64,000 nucleotides of DNA from the NCBI RefSeq assembly GCF_000143415.4, contig NW_003314283.1:320752-384751 (forward strand), in the 5' to 3' direction. Shown piece by piece: positions 13,899 to 25,701 of this stretch. The notes below the pieces were generated by a model. It ran no database searches, was not told the origin of the DNA, and saw only the letters and a list, made by a program, of their open reading frames with translations. Position 1 is the stretch's first letter, and each line of letters begins with the position of its first letter. Source of the DNA: Selaginella moellendorffii (Eukaryota; Plantae; Lycopodiophyta). Position numbers and translations under genes: made by a program.

Positions 13899-16800
13899 AT
13901 TTCAAAAAAATTTGGCAATACTTTGCTATAATATTTGGGATTGTGTTTTTGTTCTTTATTTCTTCATTCTCTTTAAGATTTAGATTTGTATTAACTTTTT
14001 ACAAGATCTAGAACTATAGCTATTATTGTGGTTATATCTACTCTTTTTTCTAATCTTCATTACATTCTTTTCTTCTACTATACGATACCAATCGATCAAG
14101 GAGTATGTCAGTTGAGGCTACTAACACTACTCCGTTAGATCAAACTTTTGGTGTTTTGGGGTGTGATTATATTGGTGTTGCACCCATCTTTAGTGTGTTG
14201 CCGTCTCCAACTTTTATAAGATGTGATTATATGGCTTGTCTTGTTCTCAATGTTTTGCCATCTCTTATTGATGTAGAGTATGATTGTGACATCGATTGGC
14301 AAGTTATGGATGATGCAGTCTAGTTCTTGAAAAATATTTAAGGATCAAGTTTATAGGAAGACGATATTTATGAGTTCAAATGGATTCTAGATTGTGATGA
14401 AAAACTTAATTTATAGAGATAGCTTTGGAGATTAAATAGAGATTTTACGAGGTAAGTGTCAATTCTTCCATTTGATCCCTTTTCTTTACTTTTTACTCTT
14501 TTCCAACCTTTTCTTATTTCTTAGCTTAAACAACCTTTTTATGTTTTTAGTATTTCTTCCTCATCTGTAGTGTTTTCTTTTCATAGCACGTCGATCATTT
14601 ATGACTCTTATGATTCTCATTTTTAGTATAATGTTGAATTAAGTGTTCTCTGTCCTCTTCATACTAATTTGGATATTAAGTATATATATGAAGTTGAGAA
14701 TCTTACTTTTGTTTCATTGATAGAGTTTTTAATCATTTCTAGTGTTGAGTATTCCCATGTTCTAAGGGTTAAGTCAATTTGGCCAAAGTTTTAAATTATA
14801 TCCCCACATATTAGTGTTATTAAGAGTTTTTGTTTTACCATTGTTACTAAGGAATTTTTGTATTCCCTTGAGAGTATGGACATTATTATTAATTTTTTCA
14901 TCTTAAATGTTGAGTTATATGTTGAGGAGGTTGAGTGGTATAAATCTTTTATTTATATTGTGGTGGCCAAAATATTTTATGATAAGAGATTCTTTATTTT
15001 CCAAACTTTAAGCATATATCTTCTTTTTTATTTCCCCATTTTTGCATTGTTAATTGCTTCTTCTAATGCTTCTTTATCCACTTTTTTTTCTTCCACATTA
15101 TTTCTTCCTCAACTTTTTTCACTTTCTCCTCTTTATCCTGATGCTTCAGTTTTTTTTTTTTTTCTTTGGAGGAGAGGGTAGAGGGGATGGATGGGAGTTT
15201 GGCTTTAACAATGGAGTGAGGACAAATAAATACAATAGTGGAGTAAGGACAAGTGATATAGATTATGGAGTGAGGGAAAACATAGTAAGTCTAAATGGAA
15301 CATCTGGCGTCAATTGAACAGATGTGATAGTAAAATGAAAACAAGTGTAATGAATCCAAATAAAACTAATACTTTAAAACTTTTTTTCTTTTAAATGAAG
15401 GGATAAGGAGGATATAGAGGATAAACAAAGCGAGTCCAACCTCCCATATGTAATATTAGATGAGGACAACAATCATGAGTCTAAGTTAATACAAGTCTTA
15501 GATATTGACTAAAGGGAAGACATAAAAGTAAATTTTGGTTATAGTCATCAATTTGAGTTAATAGTGGTCTTGGAGGATTGTCAACAAATAGATTTAGAGA
15601 CGAGATATATTATTTTCTACAATGGTGTTTTATGGACTGTAATAGCTTTTAAAGTCTCTTACTTTGGTTTAAAGTTATGGCTTTGATATTGGTTTAAACA
15701 TTTGGCAATTGTATATAAAGTTGCAATTGGTTTATCAAGATCTCGTAATTGATTGATGCTTATACCATGGTTCTAAGTTTTGTTTCAATCATGGTTATCA
15801 ACAACTTTGTTTATGGTAATTTGTAATTACCTAGCAAAAGCTCTAAATGTTCCACTTAAATTATTGTTATCACCTTTTTATTTTCCAGAGGGGAGGATGA
15901 TGTAAAGTTTGTAAATACATATATGTATATATATGTAATAACCTAGCTAAGTAATACACTAATTATAGTACTATAGTATATAAATTGTCTATTTGAGACT
16001 TAATCTAGTCCATCCATTCTTGTATATAAGCAGGGTCTAAACCCCAATTAATATACTTATTCCTATATCCTGAACATTCACACATTTATATAAAACATAA
16101 ATAAATTTTTAATTAGAATTCAAAATGAAATATTGTAAAAAAGCTAAACCATTGTACAGAATTGATCCCAAAGATATAAACTTGTGTAAGAGTTTTTATA
16201 TTTTTCCTCTGTATTGTCACTTTAATATTTAAAAAATATTTTAAAAAATTATAATATTTTTTAATAACATATATAATCTCAACTCAATAATATCAATATT
16301 TATCTTTCACCAAGTATTTCAAAATTCTCTAAATAATTTTTTTCTCATGTATTTTTTATAATAAAAGAAGCAAAATTACTTTTCAAACCCTTCTTAGTTA
16401 TATTTTCTTTTGTTCTTCTTGAAGAAAGTTCTATACAACAAGTTATAAATAATATAGCAATAAGCATAAAAATAAAATAAAATTTTACACCCCTATCACA
16501 TATATATTAATTTAACATTATTGTTTTGAACTATTCTATCCGGATGATACTTCCAAAAAATTATTTTAGTGATTTTAATTAAAACACATCAAAATATCTA
16601 AAATTTGTGGAGAACAAAAATCTAACTTGCTTAAATTAATCTTATTCCCTTAACCTTATCAGAAATTAAAGCAGCAATTTTCAAAGTGGTTGAAACCACT
16701 CCTGAGTGGCATTGCTATGATCAAGAATCCTTTGCATAAGAAGAGAGTTAAAATCATTCTATACAATACAAAACTCTCACCTCTCTGCAAGGCGTTCCAG

Positions 16801-18829
16801 AAACAAGCGATACATGTATTTGTGGAGCAGCTCCAACAAAAACACCACCCACAAAATGGACAACTGATCTCCTTTCCTCGGTCCTAGAATCCATGCTCCC
16901 TCAAGAAGGAAAACAAAATCAGCAGTGCTTACAGATAGAGCTTACTTGGATTTCCTGCCAGCGTCCAAGAGTTCCTTGTGTTTTCATCGCAGAGTCCACA
17001 AAAGAAGCATGAAAACGAGGCAACTCATCGAATTCTTTCACCAGCATACTTCTCGATTTGTCCATAGAGCTGGAGGCTAACATTCTTTCCCTGCGGCTTC
17101 CCTTGGAACTCGAGGAGCTAGAAAACCTGGGATTGTCTCGTCGCCGGCACCATGACGCTGCCGCGGTCGCGAATCCAGTGCCTGCCCTGGCAGAAGAAGC
17201 TGCGCAGTCGGGAAGGGTCGACAGTAGCCACGACTCTTTCAAACACCAAAAACATCGAAATATTGTCATCCTCCATGCTTTACCGGAGCGCTGGAGAAGC
17301 GGAGCTAGCTCGTCTAGATCGGCCGCGAGGTCATTCTTCCGGTTTTGGAGATGAGAAGCGATCGATGCAACAATCGAGCGAAGAGGAGGAGGAGGAAGAG
17401 GAAGAGAAGCGGCTGCGCAGCGATCATAGCTCTCTCACTCCACCCACTGCTAGGCGTAGAATCGAGAGCCAGGTAGAAGAGGACCTGCCAACGATCATCG
17501 CCTCCAAGATCAGCTCCAGGAATTCCTGGACAAGACAGTGGAGATTATCCGCGCGGAGGAGGAGCCAGATCGTCCAGTGGCTGATGATCGTTGGATGGAT
17601 TCCATCTCTTTGGGAAAGCTCCGCGATGATAGAGAGAGTCAGGGATGGGTCTTTAGAGCACAGGGCTAGTGGCAAACGCTACATTCACAGTACGGTGAGA
17701 GTGTGGGAGTAGAGGCTGAGTCGTTGAGATACTTCTCAAGTGTATATGTCACAACTTCTGTGGCAACACGTGGTTTCACCACATTTGAAACGTCAAAATA
17801 CATTGCAGGGACTTGAAAAGTGCTGTTGCGCCTGTCATTCTGAAGAAAGCGATCAGAAACAAAATCTGCAGGAGCCTTTCCGTAAGACCCATGGCCACCT
17901 GCCTTTCAAACTCTAGACCGACTGTCATGTTGCTGCCTTGGCCCTTGGCGTTAAACTGCTGCTTATCAGGATGGTCAGATGATGCCCTTCGTGCGTCCTC
18001 ATGACTTGAAATAGCTGTTGTTGTTATTGTATCAAATACTCTTCACTGACTCCAAAAGTAATGAAAAAGAGCTCGAAAGATGGCAGGTTTTTCAAGTTTG
18101 GTCCAAGTGTCTTTATCCTGCTTTGCAGAGAATTTATCCAAATCCTCCAATGCAACACTATTTCCACTGCTTAGCCAGGCTAACCCAAACTTCACAAGGC
18201 TAAGATATGGACTGTTAACGTTAAGTAGAGTGGACATAGGATGGTAAATCAAAACCAAGCCTCGAAATGTTGCAGCACTCAAGGAGCTAGAGGTGATACT
18301 GTATCATCAGATGTTTGGGTCTGAGAACGACTGATTGTACTTGAGGTGCATATCTTTTCAAAAAAGTCAATCAGAAATTCTGTTGCCTGCTCTATGGGAC
18401 GCTTATTCCCAATAAAATGCTCAAGCGCTGTGATTAAGAACTTGTCCTGTGTAATTTATGTATTAAAGACATAAATTAGTGAAAGTTGCTTGTGTCTTAA
18501 ATCTAGATGAGCAAAATCATGTGATTTAGAAAGAAAAGATACTTCTTAGTATGAGATTTAGGTACATCGCCAAAAACCATGTATGGTATCCTTCTCCTCA
18601 CTCCGTGCCGCATGCCCTCTCACTCCATTCCACTGGTAACACCCACCATGTACGCTTGGCCAGTTGTACATCCGTGCACATTTTTATTTCTTGCAGCCAG
18701 TGTAGAAATCTTTAAAATTCAATATCTTACTTCTTACTAGCACACAATTTGAACAGAATTTTACAGAATTTTAATTTGATTGAAACTATATATCTAGAAC
18801 TAAATCCTTGGACTATTGCCGCCTGTGAT

Positions 18830-20156
18830 GTTTGCTGAAAGTTGTTTCTTACTGCCTCCGCGAACTTCCTGAGCCATGATCCTCTTGAGCTCTTCTGTCC
18901 TAAGAACGAAAAAAAAACAAAAAAAAAAACAAAAACACGTACCCCCGGAGAATGTGCGCGAGTGAAGAACTTAGGCTGGAAAACCACAAACCTTGATAGA
19001 AGGCACTGCTATAAGAGACATACGCGAGCTGAGAAAGAAGAGAAAGGATCAACTGAAAAAAAAAAGTAAACCTTTTCCTGTGTATCACCACGCACTAGCA
19101 GGATGGCTGCCTCAATCCGGTGGCCAGAGCAGCACAGCAAGCGTGTCTTCATTCGATACCTGTGCGTCTGAATCCCGTAGAGAGACAGAGAGAGTAATTA
19201 CCTTTTTCGTCGATGACGCCGTCGTTGGAGCTGACTTCCAGCAGACACCACTCTCTGGAAGCCAGTGCGACAATCGAGGAGCCTATACACCTGCAATAAC
19301 ATTCTTTGAAGTAAATGTTTTTCTACATCCGACAGTCCGAAGAATCGAGCTGCCAGAGATAACGCTCAGATTTGAACCTGCAGGAAAACGAACGGATCAG
19401 GAGAAACCAAAGATGATCTATGTCCAGAGAGCTAACGAGAACTACGTACAGGTCCAGCGCTTGACTTTGCTAACTTCTCAATGGCGTCTTTTGCCACGCT
19501 CGACTCCCTGCAACAAATCCAGCAAACGTGAGCGTCATTCACACACATAGTATGCTTGTTTACTCGTCACATATCTGTTGCTGTTTGCACAGAACTTGAA
19601 TCGCCATCCTCTAGACACTTAGGCAGGTATCCAAGAAGGAAAAACTTAGATAGCAATACGAAACGTGAAAACATAAGTTGCTACTCACGAACATGGAGCA
19701 TGCGAGACGACGAACTTGTGGAGATGCTGCGTTTAAACCAGCATTTGCATAAGGCTAACACACACAAAAAACAAACAGAGAAAATTAAAATCGTAGCACG
19801 AAGGAGCTTCGACGATTTTCATAAGCATGCTGTGTCCAAACGACCTTCTCGACAGCATTACTCTCACAAGCGCTGGAGTTCCTGCGGTGAATAGAACCCT
19901 GTCCAAGAAGACGAAATTCAATCGCATTCGATCCCACAAAGAAAGATCCAGAAATCTTACCTGGAGAGAACCGGAAACGGATATTTCGAGAGGAAATCCG
20001 ACACAGAGCTCTCGGGAAGGGCGCGCGGCAAATGCACGAGATCGATCGCGACAAGAATGCGATACCTGGAAGCGCGACGAGATCAGAGGCCTCCGCCAAG
20101 AGCAGTTTCGCGTCGACGCCGTCGATCGCCATCACCCCCACCATCATCCCTGCCAT
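18830..20156 (-). pseudogene. 26S proteasome assembly chaperone PSMD5/S5b-like (ARM repeat) pseudogene
   Basis: Exon fragments KLLLAEASDLVALPG, VAKDAIEKLAK, VYRLL/IVALASREWCLLEV, HACCAALA and KFAEAVR follow the order of plant PSMD5 motifs as I recall them. Frameshifts, a stop codon and missing exons are present. Confidence 0.55.
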
Positions 20157-20320
20157 CACGACGCGAAGAACAGAGCGCAAAACCCTAGTTGAAAGGTTCT
20201 TTTATTGCAATTGCAAGAAATCGATGGATTCACAGAGCTGGATCGCCGATCGCATCTTCAATACATCTGTGGACAAGACGAGCACCAATTTCAAGCACAG
20301 ATCACGCCAAATCGAATGAC

Positions 20321-20788
20321 TCACCGCTGGAATGCCGAAGCATTCACACGCGCAGCGAATTTCCGGTGGAGTCTTCTCCTCGTCGAGCAAGAAGATGTGA
20401 TGGGAGCGGAATCACTCTCCGGCGGGCTTGGAGCGTGATTTCGGACGCTGAATTCACAGAAAGCCTCGTCGCACTTGGCGCTGGAGCAGTAGAACACATT
20501 CTTGCCTCTCCCGTCCGGCCTGTCGAGGTGCTGATTTCCGCAATGGCAATCCTCGCCCAGGCCCCTCACCAGCATCCTGTGCTTGTCCTTCCGGATCTCC
20601 TTCTCCTGCTCGATCCAAGCCGGGCGATCGGGTGCCTCGAGCGCTCCATCACAGCTCTTGAAATGCTCGGCAGCGTCGAGCTCGCAGAAAGCCTGGCAGC
20701 ATTTCCTGCAGAAAAGCGAGATTCGTCCATCCGGATGCTCTTCCCTTGAGCAAGAGCAGAACTTCCACAGCGCCTTGCGAGCCGCCAT
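20321..20788 (-). CDS. Small Cys/His-rich protein with two B-box-like zinc-finger repeats
   Basis: 155-aa ORF containing LFCRKCCQAFCELDAAEH and FYCSSAKCDEAFCEFSVRNH. Confidence 0.5.
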   Translation of the reverse strand: MAARKALWKFCSCSREEHPDGRISLFCRKCCQAFCELDAAEHFKSCDGALEAPDRPAWIEQEKEIRKDKHRMLVRGLGEDCHCGNQHLDRPDGRGKNVFYCSSAKCDEAFCEFSVRNHAPSPPESDSAPITSSCSTRRRLHRKFAARVNASAFQR

Positions 20789-21001
20789 AGCTCCTCGTCC
20801 TCCAAAATATTTTCCCTCGCTCGTTTGAAAATTTGCTTATTTATATTCAACGGAGGGTCGGTCTAGCGTTCGAATCTGGACTACATCAAGTCTGGTGTTC
20901 GAATCCCACCAAGAAGAAGCAGAGGTTCGACACTCACAAACTCAAATAAGTTTATTATAAATGGAGGGGGTTTAAGGGATAAACCTTATCTTTTAGGTTT
21001 C

Positions 21002-22094
21002 ATGGGGCGAAGGAGAATTGAATTCCCAGACGAGTTACTTGAAGAAATCGTTATAAGATTACCTATCCAATCTATCATAGCTGCTAGATCTGTTTGCTCA
21101 CGCTGGAGGAACAAGTTGTGCGCCAAATACTTCCAGGCCAAGAAAGATTCTCGCGAACCACAACAGCGCTGGATCATTATGGATTTCTTCCTCCTCAGTG
21201 AAGGTTTCCTAGGGGTTTTTGATACGATTGATAAGAAATGGCTCAAGATACCACTGTCTCTGCCTCCAAACACTAGATTTTCGCTTCTTTGTGGCTCCTG
21301 TGGATATCTTTGTTTCATGGACAGGCAGGCGATTACCACTCATCACATCCACCTTTGCAATCCAGTGACGCAGCAATGGCTACAAGTGAGTGATCCCTTT
21401 CTTTCTCAACAATTCCAGGCTAACTCGATTTCTACTGCCACAGCTTCCACTGCCACGATCAATCAAAACTTCACGCTTGCACATCCGGATGTATGGAATC
21501 AGAGGCTCGAATCATTTCAAGCTCCTGATGATAGATGGCACGGATTTGCCCTCTCGATTAGCTAGTAGTCTCTACGATTCACAGACAGGAGATTGGAAGC
21601 CTCGCAGCCAAGAGTGGATCACAAACTTTACCAGCTTATGGGACAACCTAGCTATGTGCAAGGATGGGATTTACGACATGGACAAAGAAGAGTGGAGGCT
21701 GCGCGGGCAAATTTCAGATTTCCAGCCGACAACCCTTCGTCTCCGCAGAGACGGTAGCGTATTCAGGACCAAACTGGTGGGCACGAGGATCCGAGTCTAT
21801 CAGCTTGACATGGAGAGCACGCGAGAAGAGCTTGTGACAGAATCTCCAGAGAGAATGCGCGTCGAAATGCCGCCTGGGTGCTCAGGCATGATTCCATGGA
21901 GTTACTTCGATGGGCTGGACAACTTGTGGGTCGTGTGCCCAGTCCTCCCGGCGATCTACAGATACGAGCCGTGCTCTGGGCAGTGGAGCAGCTTCGATAA
22001 CAAGTGGAGTGGAGCTGCAGACTTTGGCTATGCCATTTGCTGTGAGTTGAGCTTCCATGAGTTCCCTGATTGCACAACGCCATTGCAAGAATAA
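21002..22094 (+). CDS. F-box protein (2 exons; intron 21386-21443)
   Basis: N-terminal F-box FPDELLEEIVIRLPIQSIIAARSVCSRWR, plus SCGYLCF and LCNPVTQQW motifs. A GT..AG intron joins the two ORFs in frame. Confidence 0.9.
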
Positions 22095-23105
22095 AATCAC
22101 AGCATGGAATTGACGATAAAGGGATATTTTCTATCTGAATTAGATTAATCCATGGATTGATATTGCCCTCTTCCATTCTAGCTAATGTGACTATCCAGAA
22201 CTCCAGATCAAGGTGGCTAGCTTCTCACAACAAGGAGAGTCACGAGTGGTGATGCAGCACAGTCTTTGGAGAAGCTTGGATTTACGTTGACATTTCCTGG
22301 CCAGTCTAATATTAAATCTTCGTGGCATCTCATACAGCCATGCAGCTTGAAAGCAAGGACTTGGAAGCTACTAATTTGTCCACGGGCATTGTTCTACTAC
22401 TAGGAAGGTAGTGGAGGTGAGGGGATTGCAGTATATTGTAGATCTAACTTATTCAACATGGCAGCATGGAAGCTTTTGGTGAACATATTGAAGTGTATGC
22501 TGTGAAGATCAGCTTTTCTTGCTGTTTTTTTTTTTTTTTTTTTTGTAAACCATCACAATAAATTGCAGTAAATGTTTTTAGTGATAAATAACATTATTAA
22601 TTAAAGAAAAGTTTAACAGCAGAAAACCAGATAATTTAAGTATATTCTTTACACTCAAGAGTATCTCAAAATGGAATAATCAAAATACCTTCAGTCAGTG
22701 GTTAAGTTTCAAATCCACTACTAACTACAATGCAAGCTTGCATGTTTGGATGTAAAAGCTAGCTGCTCTAGTCTCTACCATTCACCTGATTCAATGTGAT
22801 TCAAGCTATATATCTCCAGAAGGGAAAACCATAAAAAATACTCCTGCATTCCAATGAAGTTATTTCGATCAACCATGTTTACATATGGAGCAACTTCGGT
22901 TAAAAGTTGAGTCATTGGTTACACAGAGCTGATGTATTTTCTTGATTTTGTGTCGAAAAAACGTGGCTTTGAGAATGGTGATCTTGTTCTTGCAGCAAAG
23001 CCTTTGGTGTAAATGGTATCATCATAGATTTTTCTGATTTTCTGATTAACTTCTGTTTAAGTTTATTTGATCCTAATCCTAGCTTGTTATCGAATCAGAG
23101 GGTTT

Positions 23106-24136
23106 ATGGGGAGGGGGAGGTCACAGTGCGACATTCCAGACGAGCTCCTCGATGAGGTTTTCATCCGGCTTCCCCTCCAATGGATCGTCACAGCTAGGTC
23201 GGTGTGTAGGCGCTGGAGAAGAAAGCTGTGCTGCAAATCCTTCTTGGCCAAGCACGATCTTCATGGGCCACAGCAGCGCTGGATCATTGTGGATTACTTC
23301 CTCAACAGCAAGGGTTTCCTGGGGGCTTTCAACACCGTGGGCAGGAAGTGGCTTGCGATTCCAGTGTTGCTGCCTCCACGCACTCGAAATTTATCGCTGC
23401 TTTGTGGCTCTCAGGGATTCCTTTGCTTCCTGGACAGGCAAAAGCTTCACGCTAGACATGTCCACCTTTACAATCCAGTAACGAAGCAATGGCTAAAGGT
23501 AAGCTCCTCGATCGTATAGAACTTTGCATGAGAGTTACAAACCAGGTTCCATTGCCACGATCCATCTCGCCGTTACACTTGCACTTACGGATCTATGGAA
23601 CCAGAGGCTCGAATCATTTCAAGCTCTTGATGCTGGATCAGACGTGTGACTTGGTTCCAGTTGCTAGTCTCTACGATTCACGCACACGAAAGTGGAGGCC
23701 TCTCAACCAGGCGCTAGCCGCAAGCTTTTTCAGCTTGTGGGACAACTTAGTATTGAGCTCGAACGGGATTTACGACCTGGAGAAAGAAGAGTGGAGACTT
23801 TCTGTGCAAATACCACGGTTTCGTACCTCTTCACTACTTCTCCGCAGGGATGGTGGCATTTTCAAGGCCAGAGTGTTAGTCGCGAAGATCAAGTTGTTTC
23901 AGCTGAGCGTGGAGAGCATGCGAGATGAGCTTGTGGCTGAATCCACACCAAAGCCATGGTGTTTCTTCAATGAATTGGACAACGTGTGGATCGTGTCTCG
24001 ATGGATGCCGGCAATCATTATGTACGAGGCTAGCTCAGAGCAGTGGAGAAAGTTTGACTACAAGTGGAGCGGATTCGAGGACAGAGGTATTGCCGAGTGC
24101 TGCAATTTAAGTTTCCATCAGTTTCCTCATGCATGA
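23106..24136 (+). CDS. F-box protein, tandem paralog (intron 23499-23545)
   Basis: IPDELLDEVFIRLPLQWIVTARSVCRRWR; same intron position and colinear similarity to the upstream copy. Confidence 0.9.
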
Positions 24137-25024
24137 TATCTATGCTTTGTATTTTATTTTAAAACTCTCATAAATGAGTTCTTCAGTAGGTTAAAGAATA
24201 TGATAATCTTCCATTCAAAAACTTCCTGTACACAAAACACTTGGTGCATAAAGGCACTGAATGTTTCCATCAAATTATGATAAAGTTCAGGAACAAGGAA
24301 AGTGCCACAAGAAAACTTGCTTTTAACAGCTGTGCAGTGGTCAGTGCTCACTGTTTTCTCAAGCTTTAAAAAAAAAGTTGATAAGTCAGAAAAGTTTGTT
24401 AGGCTGTTAGGCCGTGATCAGATTATCTCTGGGCGCTGGGTTTCCTCCCTTCAATAGATCATCCTCAAAACATCGATATTAAACTTTGCTAAACATCCAG
24501 TGAACGTATATCTTGACAACGATCAGTGAATGGCCGCTGGGAGCAAACCACGCAGAAAAGATCACAATCGCATGCTTTCAGATGGTCTGCCACTTTCAGG
24601 TTTGATCAGATATGACTTTGAATGCTCGTCGGACGTTCCGTTTGATTGCGGCACCGTTACAGCTACAGGTGCGGGTCAATGCTCGTGGTCAATTAGTCAA
24701 GGTCAAATAAGTGGTCGTTACTTTGCGGTTGAGTAAAATGTGGATTCACATTTACATCAACAAAGAACCTTGACAAAATTGTGTGTAGATTCTTTGAGGG
24801 CCTTGAAGCTGTGAATGAGGGAGATCTCACGAAAGCGATTGCTGTTCGTTGTCACAGAAGAAAGAGGGGACGTTTCCTCCAGATTATCAAGAAAACCTCA
24901 CTTTTGGCAATCGTACAGTAGCTAGTGTGTGCAATTCTTGAGATAAAAAAAGTTGATATATTAGATGTGAAAGTGAGAAGAGTGGTTTAGCATGGCCTTT
25001 CCTTTAAGGACCAAATGCTTTAAA

Positions 25025-25246
25025 CTATGGTTTTGGTGGTGTTCTTCCTTTGTTAATATTGATTCTATCTGGTGATCCTGGTGAAATGGATGGAGATTTT
25101 CGCTTGAACACTCTGCTTGGCAACGATGCTGGTTTTGAATCCACTGTGCTCGCCGACTGGAAGGGCCTGGCAGCAGCAGCACCATGGAGAAACAGGATGA
25201 GCACGGCCAAGATCACAACCACATGAACCATCCTTGATCTCTCCAT
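25025..25246 (-). CDS. Small secreted peptide precursor (73 aa)
   Basis: Hydrophobic signal peptide ending AAAA-RP, then a basic site followed by the Pro/Ser/Gly-rich SPSISPGSPD. Confidence 0.65.
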   Translation of the reverse strand: MERSRMVHVVVILAVLILFLHGAAAARPFQSASTVDSKPASLPSRVFKRKSPSISPGSPDRININKGRTPPKP

Positions 25247-25592
25247 TTCCAGAGTAGGAGAGATTGGCTAGCTGAAACTTCTGAACACAAAATTTTGAGT
25301 GCAGCTTGCTACAAAATATGATCCATCATATCAAACCGTGAGGTTTTTATAGATCTGTTTCGCACTGACCCAAGACAAGAAGAGGGAAGTTTCGGTTCAC
25401 TTTCAATACTTGAATCTCGCAGGTCTTGCTTTGATTTTGCGGCACCGTTATGGGTACAGCAAACCAAAAAATATAAAATACAGAGAAATATTCTAAATTA
25501 TAATTGAATATTCTACTTAAACTAAAAATAAAAATATTAACTAATAAATAATTTTTATTTAGTATAGTTTGAAAACAGAGCTTATGCGTTAA

Positions 25593-25666
25593 GCTTTTAT
25601 GGCTCAGTTGGCTAGAGCACCCGTTTAGTAAGCGGGAGGTCCTGAGTTCGACTCTCAGTAAAAGCA
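25593..25666 (+). tRNA. tRNA-Thr (anticodon AGT)
   Basis: Acceptor stem GCTTTTA/TAAAAGC, D arm GCTCAGTTGGCTAGAGC, anticodon arm CCCGT-TTAGTAA-GCGGG, T loop TTCGACT, downstream T tracts. Confidence 0.96.
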
Positions 25667-25701
25667 TTTAGTTTTGTTTTTGCTTCCTAGGGCTTGTGGC
25701 A

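Noticed and set aside
13899-16100. Possible additional retroelement remnant (purine tract GAGGGGAGGATGA then TG near 15888-15902)
   Set aside because: Too degenerate; no partner LTR or TSD could be identified.
16919-18700. GC-richer ORF fragments that might be PPR-like gene remnants
   Set aside because: No repeat periodicity or motif I can support; left unannotated.
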